A stretch of 63,628 nucleotides of DNA, filler included. It is 5 parts of 5 records of this genome, joined end to end, with 100 filler letters (N's around TTAATTAATTAA, not from the genome) between each part and the next. Parts side by side here need not be neighbours in the genome. Positions count along the whole stretch, not along the records: positions 15,170 to 35,493 come from SRR2962707_1597; 4 more parts are not named here. The stretch is one strand, 5' to 3'. The translations under genes and the position numbers were made by a program. Below are positions 23,935-34,610 of this stretch, piece by piece (position 1 is the first letter of the stretch; each line of letters begins with the position of its first letter). The notes under the pieces were generated by a model. That model ran no database searches and had not been told where the DNA came from. It saw nothing but the letters and a program-made list of their open reading frames with translations.

Positions 23935-24861
23935 ATGAAAGTTACAGTTGTAGGAGCAGGAGCAGTAGGTGCTAGCTGCGCAGAGTACATCGCTATTAAA
24001 GATTTTGCATCTGAAGTAGTAATATTGGATATTAAAGAAGGTTTTGCTGAAGGGAAAGCAATGGATTTAATGCAGACAGCTTCTTTAAATGGTTTTGATA
24101 CTAAAATTACAGGAACTACAGGAGATTATTCTAAAACAGCAGATTCTGATATTGCAGTAATTACAAGTGGAATTCCTCGTAAACCAGGGATGACTCGTGA
24201 GGAACTTATTGGAATAAATGCTGGAATTGTAAAAGATGTTTCTAGTAATTTAATAAAGCACTCTCCAAATGTAACTATTATTGTGGTTAGTAATCCAATG
24301 GATACAATGACATATTTAGTACATAAAACAACTGGACTTCCTAAAAATAGAATTATTGGAATGGGAGGAGCTCTAGATAGTGCTCGTTTTAAATATCGTT
24401 TAGCAGAAGCTTTAGAAGCGCCTATTTCTGATGTTGACGGAATGGTAATTGGTGGACATAGCGATACTGGAATGCTTCCATTAACACGTTTGGCAACTAG
24501 AAACAGTGTTCCTGTAACAGAATTTTTGTCAGAAAATCGTTTAGAACAAGTAAAAGAAGATACTAAAGTAGGAGGAGCTACCTTAACTAAATTATTAGGA
24601 ACTAGTGCTTGGTATGCGCCAGGAGCTGCTGTATCTGGATTAGTGCAGGCTATTGCTTGCGACCAGAAAAAAATGTTTCCATGCTCAACTTTATTAGATG
24701 GAGAATACGGACTTTCAGATATTTGTATTGGAGCGCCTGTAATTCTTGGTAAAGATGGAATTGAAAAGATTGTAGAGATCGAACTGTCTGATGCTGAGAA
24801 AGCTAAGCTGCAAGAGAGTGCTGAAGGAGTTAGAAAAACAAACGGACTTTTAGAGTTGTAA
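23935..24861 (+). CDS. mdh: Malate dehydrogenase (LDH-like)
   Basis: VVGAGAVG, PRKPGMTR, VSNPMD, LDSARF, GGHSD. Confidence 0.96.
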   Translation: MKVTVVGAGAVGASCAEYIAIKDFASEVVILDIKEGFAEGKAMDLMQTASLNGFDTKITGTTGDYSKTADSDIAVITSGIPRKPGMTREELIGINAGIVKDVSSNLIKHSPNVTIIVVSNPMDTMTYLVHKTTGLPKNRIIGMGGALDSARFKYRLAEALEAPISDVDGMVIGGHSDTGMLPLTRLATRNSVPVTEFLSENRLEQVKEDTKVGGATLTKLLGTSAWYAPGAAVSGLVQAIACDQKKMFPCSTLLDGEYGLSDICIGAPVILGKDGIEKIVEIELSDAEKAKLQESAEGVRKTNGLLEL

Positions 24862-24887
24862 AAAGCAATTCTCTACATAAGAATATT

Positions 24888-24923
24888 AAAAATCCCGCAA
24901 AATTATATTTTGTGGGATTTTTT
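24888..24923 (+). terminator. Intrinsic terminator after mdh
   Basis: AAAATCCCGCAAAAT...ATTTTGTGGGATTTTTT. Confidence 0.8.
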
Positions 24924-25013
24924 GTGTTTAAAACTTCAAAAAAATAATTGTCAGTTCATAACGTAAACGCTATATTTGTCCGTTTTAAAAATTGACCATT
25001 AAATAAATTTAGA

Positions 25014-27992
25014 ATGCAGAATAAAGGACTTATTAGGCTGTTTGCTATTTTGTTTGGAATTGTAAGTATCTATCAACTTTCATTTACATTCGTTGCGAAT
25101 AAAGTGGATGCTGAAGCAGAAACTTATGCTTTAAACAAAATTTCAGATGCAGAAGAGAACTACGTAGCGAAGCGAGAAGCCGAAGAATCTAGGTATTTAG
25201 ACTCTCTTAATAATGAAGAGGTTTTTAACCTTGGATTTGCTCAATTTACCTACGCAGAGGTAAAAGAAAAAGAATTAAACAAAGGACTTGACCTTAAAGG
25301 AGGTATCAATGTTATTCTTCAAATATCTGTAAAAGATATTTTAAAAGGATTGGCAAACAATACCAAAGATCCTGTTTTTAATAAAGCGCTAGCGCAAGCA
25401 GATGAGGCTTCTAAAAGCAGTCAAGACGATTATGTTGATATCTTTTTCCAAGAATTTGAGAAGGCTAGTACTGGAGCTACAAAATTAGCTTCTCCAGATA
25501 TTTTTGCTAATAAATCCTTGAGCGAAGAAATCAATTTTCAAATGACAGATGATGAGGTAAAACCTATTATCCGTAGAAAAATTGATGAGTCTATCGTTTC
25601 AGCATTCGAAGTATTACGTAAGCGTATCGATAAATTTGGGGTTACACAACCAAATATTCAGCGTTTAGGAACTTCTGGACGTATTTTGGTAGAATTACCA
25701 GGAGCCAAAGATGTAGCTCGTGTACAAAACTTATTACAGAGTACAGCACAATTAGAGTTTTGGGAAACTTATAAAGCAGACCAAGTAGCTCCATTTTTAA
25801 TTGCTGCAAATAATACTTTAAAAGATATTGTAAAAACAGAAACAAAAGAGGAAGTAAAAGAAGAAACTACTTCTGAAATAGATTCTCTTTTATCTGATGC
25901 TGCTGAAGATTCTTTAGATGTTGCTAACCAAGTAAATCCGCTTTTCGATTTAATTGCTAGTGGTGGAGCACAGGGTTCTCCAGTAATTGCAATGGTTGCA
26001 ACTAAAGATACTGCTAAATTCAATGAGTATTTAAAGATGCCTCAAGTAAGACAGCAGCTTCCTAATAATCTTCAGTATGTAAAATTTGCATGGGGAATTC
26101 CACCAAAAGATACTCAGGTAGTTGAGTTGTATGCGTTAAAAGCTAATCGTGAGAACATTCCAGATATGAGTGGAGATGTAATTACAGATGCAGCTCAAGC
26201 ATATGATATGGCTGGAAGACCTGCAGTTTCTATGCAAATGAATTCTAGAGGAGCAAAAATATGGGAAGAACTTACAGGAAAAGCATTTAGAGAGCAAGGT
26301 AATATTGCTATTGTTTTAGATAATATTGTTTATTCTGCACCTGGAGTTTCTAAAGGAGCTATCTCTGGTGGTAATTCTGAAATTTCTGGAAACTTTACCT
26401 TAGAAGAAGCAGACGATTTAGCAAATGTACTTAGAGCTGGTAAATTACCAGCATCTGCAGATATTATCCAATCGGAAGTTGTTGGACCATCATTAGGGCA
26501 AGAAGCTATAGATAGTGGAATGTTCTCTTTTATGGTTGCAATGGTATTGGTTTTAGTATGGATGCTTGTTTATTACGGTAGAGCAGGGATATTTGCAGAT
26601 ATTGCACTAGTATTTAATATTGTATTAATATTTGGAGTATTGGCTGGTTTAGGTGCGGTACTTACATTACCAGGTATTGCCGGTATCGTTTTAACAATTG
26701 GTATGTCGGTGGATGCTAACGTAATTATATTTGAGCGTATTAAGGAAGAATTAAGAGCTGGAAAAGGACAAATGCAAGCAATTGCAGATGGATTTAGCAA
26801 TGCACTTTCTTCAATTCTTGATGCAAACATTACAACAGGTTTAACAGCAATTATTTTATTGTTATTCGGAACAGGACCAATTCAAGGTTTTGCTACCACT
26901 TTAATAATAGGTATTGCTACGTCATTATTTACAGCAATTTTTGTAACTAGATTATTAATTGAGTGGAATGTAAGAGGAGGTAAAAATCCGTTAACATTTA
27001 CTACAGCAGTTACAAGTGCATTGCCTAAAAATCCTAATTTCGATTTCTTATCGAAACGTAAGATGGCTTATATTATCTCAGGTATTTTAATCTTAATTAG
27101 TTTAACATCTTTATTTACTAAAGGTTTAGAAGGTGGGGTAGATTTTGTTGGAGGACGTTCGTACCAAGTACGTTTTGTAAACCCAGTGAATCCATCTGAG
27201 ATTGCGGCAGATTTAAATGATGTATTTGGAAATACAGAGGTAAAAACTTTTGGAGATGCTAATCAGGTTAAAATCACCACTAAATATAAGGTTGATGAAG
27301 AAGGAACTGCTGTAGATCAAGAAATCCAAAATAGTCTTTATGAAGCCGTTAAAAAGCATCTTCCAGAAGGAATAACTTATGAAGACTTTTCTAAAGGAAG
27401 TGGAACTGATAAAATCGGAATCTTACAATCTTTAAAAGTAGGACCTACAATTGCAGATGATATTAAGAAAAATGCTATTTGGGCAATTATCGGATCGTTA
27501 GCAGTAGTGTTCTTATACATCTTATTGCGTTTCCGTAGATGGCAATTCTCATTAGGAGCTGTAGCTGCAGTATTCCATGATGTATTGATAGTATTAGGAA
27601 TTTTCTCAATTACATCTAGTATTATGCCATTTAATATGGAGGTAGATCAAGCATTTATTGCGGCAATCCTTACTGTAATTGGATATTCGTTAAATGATAC
27701 CGTTATTGTATTTGACCGTATTAGAGAAGTGGTTAGAGAGAAAGGATGGAGAGGCGGAGATAATGCTAACGAAGCCTTGAATAGTACGTTGAGTAGAACA
27801 TTAAATACTTCGTTAACTACTTTAGTGGTATTATTAGCAATCTTTATTTTTGGAGGTGAATCTTTAAGAGGATTTATGTTTGCAATGATTGTTGGTATTG
27901 CGGTAGGTACATATTCTTCATTGTTTATTGCAACTCCTGTTATGTTTGATACATTAAAGGATAAAGGAAATAAGAAGAAAGAAGTTCAATAG
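25014..27992 (+). CDS. secDF: Fused protein translocase SecDF
   Basis: GLDLKGG, GMSVDANVIIFERIKEE, GVDFVGG, GYSLNDTVIVFDRIRE. Confidence 0.97.
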   Translation: MQNKGLIRLFAILFGIVSIYQLSFTFVANKVDAEAETYALNKISDAEENYVAKREAEESRYLDSLNNEEVFNLGFAQFTYAEVKEKELNKGLDLKGGINVILQISVKDILKGLANNTKDPVFNKALAQADEASKSSQDDYVDIFFQEFEKASTGATKLASPDIFANKSLSEEINFQMTDDEVKPIIRRKIDESIVSAFEVLRKRIDKFGVTQPNIQRLGTSGRILVELPGAKDVARVQNLLQSTAQLEFWETYKADQVAPFLIAANNTLKDIVKTETKEEVKEETTSEIDSLLSDAAEDSLDVANQVNPLFDLIASGGAQGSPVIAMVATKDTAKFNEYLKMPQVRQQLPNNLQYVKFAWGIPPKDTQVVELYALKANRENIPDMSGDVITDAAQAYDMAGRPAVSMQMNSRGAKIWEELTGKAFREQGNIAIVLDNIVYSAPGVSKGAISGGNSEISGNFTLEEADDLANVLRAGKLPASADIIQSEVVGPSLGQEAIDSGMFSFMVAMVLVLVWMLVYYGRAGIFADIALVFNIVLIFGVLAGLGAVLTLPGIAGIVLTIGMSVDANVIIFERIKEELRAGKGQMQAIADGFSNALSSILDANITTGLTAIILLLFGTGPIQGFATTLIIGIATSLFTAIFVTRLLIEWNVRGGKNPLTFTTAVTSALPKNPNFDFLSKRKMAYIISGILILISLTSLFTKGLEGGVDFVGGRSYQVRFVNPVNPSEIAADLNDVFGNTEVKTFGDANQVKITTKYKVDEEGTAVDQEIQNSLYEAVKKHLPEGITYEDFSKGSGTDKIGILQSLKVGPTIADDIKKNAIWAIIGSLAVVFLYILLRFRRWQFSLGAVAAVFHDVLIVLGIFSITSSIMPFNMEVDQAFIAAILTVIGYSLNDTVIVFDRIREVVREKGWRGGDNANEALNSTLSRTLNTSLTTLVVLLAIFIFGGESLRGFMFAMIVGIAVGTYSSLFIATPVMFDTLKDKGNKKKEVQ

Positions 27993-28017
27993 AACAAAAA
28001 ATTCTATATAATATTTT

Positions 28018-28049
28018 AAAAGACTGTCTGAAAAGGCAGTCTTTTTTTT
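28018..28049 (+). terminator. Intrinsic terminator after secDF
   Basis: AAAAGACTGTCT-GAAA-AGGCAGTCTTTTTTTT. Confidence 0.85.
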
Positions 28050-28052
28050 GTA

Positions 28053-28150
28053 ATAGCGATTGTAGTGGATAGCTTTTGGCAAACTTTAGTTTGTGGTTTG
28101 CCAAATACTAGCAGCGGAAAGCGCGGTGGACACCTTTTTTTGGTGGCCAA
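28053..28150 (+). ncRNA. Structured intergenic element, possibly Flavo-1-like
   Basis: Perfect stem TTTGGCAAAC/GTTTGCCAAA with flanks GATTGTAGTGGA...AGCGGAAAGC, then hairpin TGGACACC-T7-GGTGGCCA; family resemblance is from memory only. Confidence 0.4.
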
Positions 28151-28198
28151 TTACCCTAATTATTTTTATAACATTTATAGCTAGTGGTGTTTTTAAAG

Positions 28199-28232
28199 TT
28201 TGTGTTTTCTAGAAATATATTACGTAGCTTTG
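28199..28232 (+). promoter_or_regulatory. Bacteroidota promoter (-33 TTTG / -7 TAGCTTTG) for the metE leader
   Basis: TTTG 28199-28202 and TAGCTTTG 28225-28232. Confidence 0.6.
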
Positions 28233-28265
28233 TGCTTTAATTGGTTCTTTACATATTGATCAATC

Positions 28266-28432
28266 TAATTGCGGTTCTGCTTAAGGTAGAATAATAGGGA
28301 ATTGTGTGAAAATCACAAGCTGTCGCGCAACTGTAAGTAACGAAAAAGTTTTTATCAATTAATCCACTGTTTTGAAAAGTTCAAAATGGGAAGGAGGTAA
28401 AAATGTTACAAGCCAGGAGACCTGCCGAAATT
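28266..28432 (+). promoter_or_regulatory. Cobalamin riboswitch
   Basis: AATAGGGAA-TTGTGTGAAAATCACAAG-CTGTCGCGCAACTGTAA...CCACTG...GGGAAGG...AGCCAGGAGACCTGCC (B12 box) upstream of metE. Confidence 0.95.
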
Positions 28433-28583
28433 AAAATGATGATGCTTTCGCGACCTAAAGCAATAATCAAGAATTGATAGTTTAACACGCATTTTAATGG
28501 GTGAAATTTGCTATTGATTGTTGTTTTTAGTCGGAAAGCGCTTTGTGAAAATCCGAAGTGTTTAACAGATTAAAAACAAAAAA

Positions 28584-30899
28584 ATGATCACACAAAATTT
28601 GGGCTACCCGCGTATAGGTGCCAAAAGAGAGCTTAAAAAAGCTTGTGAACAATATTGGTCTGGAAAGATTGATATTTCTGCCTTATTACAAGAAGGAAAG
28701 CGAATCCGAGAAGAGAATTGGAAGTTGCAAAAACAAACAGGGATTGACTTAATTCCTGTTAACGATTTTTCGTTTTACGACCAAGTCTTGGATATGACGC
28801 AAACTGTTGGAGCCATTCCAAAACGTTATTCTGATGTCTTTTTAGAAGAAGAAAATCCACTAGATCTTTATTTTGCCATGGCGCGTGGCTACCAGCATAA
28901 TGGATTTGATATTACGGCTATGGAAATGACAAAATGGTTTGATACAAATTACCATTATATAGTTCCAGAATTTTACCAGGACCAAAAGTTTTCATTAACA
29001 TCTACTAAGTTTTTAGATGAGTTTTTAGAAGCAAAATCGTTAGGAATTAATGCAAAGCCTGTGTTTGTTGGGCCTGTTTCTTATTTATTGTTAGGAAAAG
29101 AAAAAGATAAAGGCTTTAATCGTTTGCAATTAATAGATAAATTGTTGCCTGTTTATCTTGAAATCTTGTCTAAACTGACTGAAAACGGTGCTGAATGGGT
29201 TCAGTTTGATGAACCTTTTTTAGTGATGGATCTTACGGAGGCGGAAAAAGAAGTATATCAATCTGTTTATAAAACCATAGCAGCTCGTTTTCCTGAATTA
29301 AAAATTGTTTTAGCAACTTATTTTGGCGCACTAGAGGATAATATGGAGTGGGTGGTTAAGCTTCCTGTAAATGTATTGCACTTGGATTTGGTAAGAGGAG
29401 AAAATCAATTAGATTCTGTGTTAAAAAACATTCCAGATTCTTTAAAATTGTCTTTAGGAGTTGTTGATGGAAGGAATATTTGGAAGAATAATTTTGAGAA
29501 TTCCCTCTCTTTAATTAAGAAAGCAGTATTGGCAATAGGGGAAGATAGGTTGATGCTTGCTCCATCTTGTTCGCTATTGCATTCGCCTTTTGATTTGGAG
29601 AATGAAACAGACGAAACTACACTTTCTTTGGAGGTTAAAAATTGGATGGCATTTGCAAAACAGAAAATTAAGGAAGTTGTTGTGTTAGCAGATTTAGGAG
29701 CTAACACTCCTTCTGATGAGGCAAAAATTGCTTTTGAAGCTAATAAAAAAGCAATGCTTTCTAAGCAGGAGTCAAAACTTATTCATAATGCAGCTGTTCA
29801 AAAAGCTGTACATAATATAACGGAAGATTTAAGTAAGCGTACAAGTAAATTTGAAGCAAGGCAAGTATTGCAGCAAAACAGTTTAAGGCTTCCATTATTT
29901 CCAACTACGACTATTGGTTCTTTTCCGCAAACAAAAGATGTAAGGTTGTTGCGTTCTCAATTAAAAAGGAATGTTCTTTCTGAGGAGGCGTATGAAAAAG
30001 GAATTAAAGCTGAAATTGAAAACGCTATAAAATGGCAAGAAGAGATTGGATTAGATGTGCTTGTTCATGGGGAGTTTGAAAGAAATGATATGGTAGAATA
30101 TTTTGGGGAGCAGCTTGAAGGTTTTGCATTCACTAAATTTGGATGGGTACAGAGTTATGGTTCTAGAGCTGTAAAACCTCCAATTATTTATGGAGATGTA
30201 GATAGAGTAAACCCGATGACGGTGGCTTGGACAGCTTACGCTCAAGAGCAAACAGATTTACCTGTAAAAGGGATGCTAACGGGGCCAGTCACCATTTTAC
30301 AATGGTCATTTGTAAGGAACGATCAGTCGAGAGAAAAGACAACAAACCAGATTGCATTGGCTATCCGGAAGGAAGTTCAGGATTTAGAAAAAGCTGGAAT
30401 AAAAATTATTCAAATTGATGAGCCTGCTATTCGAGAAGGACTGCCTTTAAGAAGAGATGCTTGGCAAGCCTATTTAGATTGGGCTATAAAAGCTTTTAGG
30501 ATAAGTGCGTCTGGTGTTGAAGATGAAACGCAAATCCATACACATATGTGTTATTCTGAATTTAATGATATTATAGAGAGCATTGCAGCGATGGATGCGG
30601 ATGTTATTACCATAGAAACGTCTCGTTCTCAAATGGAGTTGCTCGATGCTTTTGTAGATTTTAAATATCCAAATGAGATAGGTCCAGGGGTGTATGATAT
30701 CCATTCGCCAAGAGTTCCAAACAAAGAGGAAATGGAAGATCTAATTAAGAAAGCGGCAGCTTTAATTCCTGTAAGAAACTTATGGGTTAATCCAGATTGC
30801 GGACTTAAAACGCGTGGTTGGCAGGAAACAAATGATGCTTTAGTGGAAATGGTAGGTGCTGCAAAAGCACTTAGAGAAAAGTATCAGGTAGAAGTTTAG
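28584..30899 (+). CDS. metE: Cobalamin-independent methionine synthase
   Basis: LGYPRIG, MTKWFDTNYHY, PTTTIGSFPQ, IHTHMCYSEF, VNPDCGLKTR. Confidence 0.98.
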   Translation: MITQNLGYPRIGAKRELKKACEQYWSGKIDISALLQEGKRIREENWKLQKQTGIDLIPVNDFSFYDQVLDMTQTVGAIPKRYSDVFLEEENPLDLYFAMARGYQHNGFDITAMEMTKWFDTNYHYIVPEFYQDQKFSLTSTKFLDEFLEAKSLGINAKPVFVGPVSYLLLGKEKDKGFNRLQLIDKLLPVYLEILSKLTENGAEWVQFDEPFLVMDLTEAEKEVYQSVYKTIAARFPELKIVLATYFGALEDNMEWVVKLPVNVLHLDLVRGENQLDSVLKNIPDSLKLSLGVVDGRNIWKNNFENSLSLIKKAVLAIGEDRLMLAPSCSLLHSPFDLENETDETTLSLEVKNWMAFAKQKIKEVVVLADLGANTPSDEAKIAFEANKKAMLSKQESKLIHNAAVQKAVHNITEDLSKRTSKFEARQVLQQNSLRLPLFPTTTIGSFPQTKDVRLLRSQLKRNVLSEEAYEKGIKAEIENAIKWQEEIGLDVLVHGEFERNDMVEYFGEQLEGFAFTKFGWVQSYGSRAVKPPIIYGDVDRVNPMTVAWTAYAQEQTDLPVKGMLTGPVTILQWSFVRNDQSREKTTNQIALAIRKEVQDLEKAGIKIIQIDEPAIREGLPLRRDAWQAYLDWAIKAFRISASGVEDETQIHTHMCYSEFNDIIESIAAMDADVITIETSRSQMELLDAFVDFKYPNEIGPGVYDIHSPRVPNKEEMEDLIKKAAALIPVRNLWVNPDCGLKTRGWQETNDALVEMVGAAKALREKYQVEV

Positions 30900-31005
30900 T
30901 TTTTGCTTTCCAGACTTCGAGTATTTGCTTCGAGGTTATTTATATTTAACTGGTCTTTTTTATGCTTGTCGGAATGTAAAACCATTTCCGACAGGCAAGA
31001 CTGGT

Positions 31006-31500
31006 TTACATTTCAGAATAATTTATACTGTCGCCTACTTTAAGACTCCATGTATCTGCCATTCCTCCGTTTAATTCTAAAACATATTGTGCAGGAGCAT
31101 TAGAAGGAAGGGAAGACTCATTCATTGGGTGTGCATTTTTAACCATGCTAACAATCTTCATTTTATTGCTGATGTAAATGATGTCCAAAGGGATTTCAGT
31201 ATTTTTCATATAAAAATAACGAGGTTGCTCATCTTTAAAAATAAAAAGCATTCCTTGTTTTTTTTCCATTGAAGAACGATACATTAGTCCAGTTTGACGT
31301 TCGTATTCATTATCGGCAATTTCAATATCTATTTTGGAAACTATAATAGAATCTTTACGAGAAATGGATAATTCCCCTTCTTTAGTAAAAGAAACTTCTT
31401 CTGTTTTTACCTCTTTTTGTGAGGAATTAGTGTTGCAACTTACTAACGATAAACAAAGTACAACAAAAGCTAGAATAATACGAACTAAAACGTTTATCAT
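31006..31500 (-). CDS. DUF192-family lipoprotein
   Basis: ERQTGLMYR, GMLFIF, FYMKNTEIPLDIIYI, YVLELNGG; ATG overlaps the lgt stop (ATGA). Confidence 0.88.
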   Translation of the reverse strand: MINVLVRIILAFVVLCLSLVSCNTNSSQKEVKTEEVSFTKEGELSISRKDSIIVSKIDIEIADNEYERQTGLMYRSSMEKKQGMLFIFKDEQPRYFYMKNTEIPLDIIYISNKMKIVSMVKNAHPMNESSLPSNAPAQYVLELNGGMADTWSLKVGDSINYSEM

Positions 31501-32327
31501 GATACCTTTTTTGATGATTTGTAGAAAAACATAAGGTATAATCCAAAAAGAACAAAAGGAATACTTAACCACTGTCCAGTAGAGAATACGCCAAGAGCCG
31601 ATTCAAATCCGCCTTGAGATTTTTTATAGAATTCTGCAATAAAACGCACCGTCCAAGTAAGTACTAACCAAAGACCGAACATATAACCAAGGTTGTCTTT
31701 TTTGTCGGTTTTCCAATACGTATATAATAAAGCAATAAATACAAATACATAACCAAAAGCCTCATAGAGTTGTGCTGGATGTCTAGGGAAGGTTTCCCCT
31801 AATTGCTTAAAAATTACTCCGTAATCTGAGCCTGTTGGTTTTCCTACAATTTCAGAATTAAAAAAGTTTCCAAGTCTAACAAAAACTCCACCTATGGCTA
31901 CGGGAATTGTAATTCTATCTAGAATCCATAGCATTGGTTTTTTAATAACTTTTTTGCTGTACAAGTACATAGCTATAATAACTCCAATAGCTGCACCATG
32001 ACTAGCAAGGCCTCTAAAACCTGTAAATTCAAATGAGGGGCTAAATTTAACAGGGAGGATAATGCTAAGAGGGTCTTCTAAAAACATGCTTGGTTCGTAG
32101 AAAATAAAATGCCCTAATCGAGCACCAATAAGCACAGAAAGCACCATGTAAATAAACAGAGAATCTAGCGCTTCTTCAGACTGATTTTCATTTTTATATA
32201 CTTTCTTCATTAAGAACCAGCCTAATGAAAAAGCAATAACAAACATTAAACTGTAATAACGTAATTGGAAAAAACCAAGGTCTAAGAGAACCCCGTTAGG
32301 ATCCCAAGTGATACTTAAAAAGTGCAT
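31497..32327 (-). CDS. lgt: Prolipoprotein diacylglyceryl transferase
   Basis: GARLGH, GLASHGA, RLGNFFNSE, RHPAQLYE. Confidence 0.96.
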   Translation of the reverse strand: MHFLSITWDPNGVLLDLGFFQLRYYSLMFVIAFSLGWFLMKKVYKNENQSEEALDSLFIYMVLSVLIGARLGHFIFYEPSMFLEDPLSIILPVKFSPSFEFTGFRGLASHGAAIGVIIAMYLYSKKVIKKPMLWILDRITIPVAIGGVFVRLGNFFNSEIVGKPTGSDYGVIFKQLGETFPRHPAQLYEAFGYVFVFIALLYTYWKTDKKDNLGYMFGLWLVLTWTVRFIAEFYKKSQGGFESALGVFSTGQWLSIPFVLFGLYLMFFYKSSKKVS

Positions 32328-32423
32328 TCTCGTTTATTTTGAGGTAAATATAACTAATTGATGGTTTATGAAGAAGTGTTTTTTCTTATATAAAGTTAAA
32401 ACTATCTAAACAAATAAATTGAA

Positions 32424-32648
32424 TTAAGGAACAGGATCATAGCCAGAACCTCCCCATGGGCCGCAGCTTAATATTCTTTTAATAGAGAGCCAACCGCCTT
32501 TAAAAAGGCCATGCTTTTTAAGTGCTTCCAAGGTGTATTGAGAGCAAGTAGGAGAATAGCGACAAGTGGCAGGGGTAAAAGGCGATATAGCCGCCTGATA
32601 AAAGCGAACTAAAAAAATAAAAGGCGCTATAAGAATTTTCTTTAAAAT
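32424..32648 (-). CDS. yidD: Membrane protein insertion efficiency factor YidD, apparent ATT start (absent from ORF track)
   Basis: Translation (I)[73 protein letters not shown]. Confidence 0.9.
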   Translation of the reverse strand: MLKKILIAPFIFLVRFYQAAISPFTPATCRYSPTCSQYTLEALKKHGLFKGGWLSIKRILSCGPWGGSGYDPVP

Positions 32649-32718
32649 AATTTTAAGCTTAATAGTTTATAAAATGAAGGTTTTGGTTGTAATGTAATTT
32701 TTGACCAAAACCTAAAGC

Positions 32719-34203
32719 TTAGTTTAAACTAAACGTAGTACCGTCTTTACCATCTTTTAGTTCAACTCCTAAAGCTGCTAATTGATCTCTAATTTTATCT
32801 GAAGTAGCAAAGTCTTTATTAGCTCTTGCTTCTGCACGAAGCTGAATTAATAGCTCTACAGTTCCAGTTAATTTATCAGAAGAATTATCTTGGGCGCTTC
32901 TTTCGTCTTGCAAGCCAAGAACTTCAAAAATAAAAGCTTGCATGGTTTCCTTTATAATTGCTAAATCTTCTTGTGTAATAGTAGCTTTCTCTTCTTTTAT
33001 AAGGTTGATTTGCTTTACAGCTTCAAAAAGATTTGCTATTAGAATCGGACTATTAAAGTCGTCATTCATAGCATCATAGCAACTTTGTTTCCATAGTTTG
33101 CTATCAAAACTAGAAGAACTTCCTGTTTTTAAATTGTTAATTGTGTGGAAGGCATCCATAAGGCGGTTAAACCCTTTTTCGGATGCTATAAGAGCTTCAT
33201 TACTAAAATCTAAAATACTACGATAATTGGCTTGAAGCATAAAAAAACGAGTAACAGATGGGGTAAAAGCCTTGTCTAAAATGTCGTTGTTGCCTGTAAA
33301 AATTTCATTTGGTAAGATATTATTACCAGTAGATTTAGCCATTTTCTTTCCATTTAAAGTAAGAAGATTGGCGTGCATCCAATAGTTTACGGGACTAATA
33401 CCTGTGGAGGCTTCCGCTTGTGCTATTTCACATTCGTGGTGTGGGAATTTTAGATCCATTCCCCCTCCGTGGATATCAAAATGATCTCCTAGGTATTTGG
33501 TACTCATAGTAGTACATTCTAAATGCCATCCAGGGAAACCATCACTCCAAGGAGAAGGCCAACGCATTATGTGTTGCGGTTCTGCTTTTTTCCAAAGCGC
33601 AAAATCCTGCGGGTTTTTCTTTTCAGATTGCCCAGCGGTTTCGCGGGTGTTATGTATAAGGTCTTCTACTTTACGTTTGCTCAGTTTTCCGTATTCATTA
33701 GTTTCGTTAAACTTTAAAACGTCAAAATAAACAGAGCCATTTACAACATATGCAAAGCCATTATCTATAATTTCATTAATTACCTCTATTTGTTCAATAA
33801 TATGTCCTGTAGCTGTTGGCTCAATACTAGGAGGTAAATTATTGAATTTATTGAGGGTATTGTGGAAGTCAACAGTATAGCGTTGCACTACTTCCATAGG
33901 TTCAATCTGTTCTAAACGTGCTTTTTTTGCAATCCTATCTTCCCCTACATCGGCATCGTTTTCTAAATGCCCTGCATCGGTGATATTTCTTACATAGCGA
34001 ACTTTGTATCCTAAGTGTTTAAGGTATCTAAAAACTAAATCAAAAGACATAAAAGTCCTAACATTGCCTAAATGAACATTGCTGTAAACAGTCGGGCCGC
34101 AAACATACATTCCTACATAACCTTCCGTAATTGGTTTAAAAACTTCTTTCTCTCCAGTAATCGAATTGTAAATTTTTAATTCGTTAGTTTGATATAGTTG
34201 CAT
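32719..34203 (-). CDS. cysS: Cysteine--tRNA ligase
   Basis: [39 protein letters not shown]. Confidence 0.98.
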   Translation of the reverse strand: MQLYQTNELKIYNSITGEKEVFKPITEGYVGMYVCGPTVYSNVHLGNVRTFMSFDLVFRYLKHLGYKVRYVRNITDAGHLENDADVGEDRIAKKARLEQIEPMEVVQRYTVDFHNTLNKFNNLPPSIEPTATGHIIEQIEVINEIIDNGFAYVVNGSVYFDVLKFNETNEYGKLSKRKVEDLIHNTRETAGQSEKKNPQDFALWKKAEPQHIMRWPSPWSDGFPGWHLECTTMSTKYLGDHFDIHGGGMDLKFPHHECEIAQAEASTGISPVNYWMHANLLTLNGKKMAKSTGNNILPNEIFTGNNDILDKAFTPSVTRFFMLQANYRSILDFSNEALIASEKGFNRLMDAFHTINNLKTGSSSSFDSKLWKQSCYDAMNDDFNSPILIANLFEAVKQINLIKEEKATITQEDLAIIKETMQAFIFEVLGLQDERSAQDNSSDKLTGTVELLIQLRAEARANKDFATSDKIRDQLAALGVELKDGKDGTTFSLN

Positions 34204-34245
34204 TTTATTGTTTAGTCGTTAAGTAGTTATTTAATTGACGTTTGT

Positions 34246-34610
34246 TTATTTTTTACTAAGATAATAGTTTCTTAATGAATTTATTTTATTGGTTATCTTT
34301 TCAATAACTTTTCTAATACGGTCATAATCTTCTTCGGAAACATAGTTTAGTTCTTTAGCAATAATAATCAAATTTAAGGTTTCGGTTGTGGATCTATATG
34401 TTATTACCATAATCGAGTTCGGTTTTTGTGCGTATGTTTGCTTGAACCTTCTACAATATTTGAGGTAATAGATAAAGAACTACGTTGAAGTTGAGATGTG
34501 AAATTAAAACTTTCAAAACTTGGAAAACTTTTGGCCAATAAGTAGATTTCTTTAATCAATTCTTTGGATTCAACCCAAACCTTTAATTTTTCGAAAGCAT
34601 ATTGATGCAT
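34246..34610 (-). pseudogene. Four-helix-bundle (23S rRNA IVS-protein-like) gene with a frameshift near 34410
   Basis: N-half FEKLKVW...TSQLQRSSLSITSNIVEG stops at 34404; C-half MVITYRSTTETLNLIIIAKELNYVSEEDY...INSLRNYYLSKK* continues in another frame. Confidence 0.8.

Noticed and set aside
34400-34430. Programmed frameshift in the four-helix-bundle gene
   Set aside because: No canonical slippery heptamer or stimulatory structure at the break; a simple deletion is more parsimonious.
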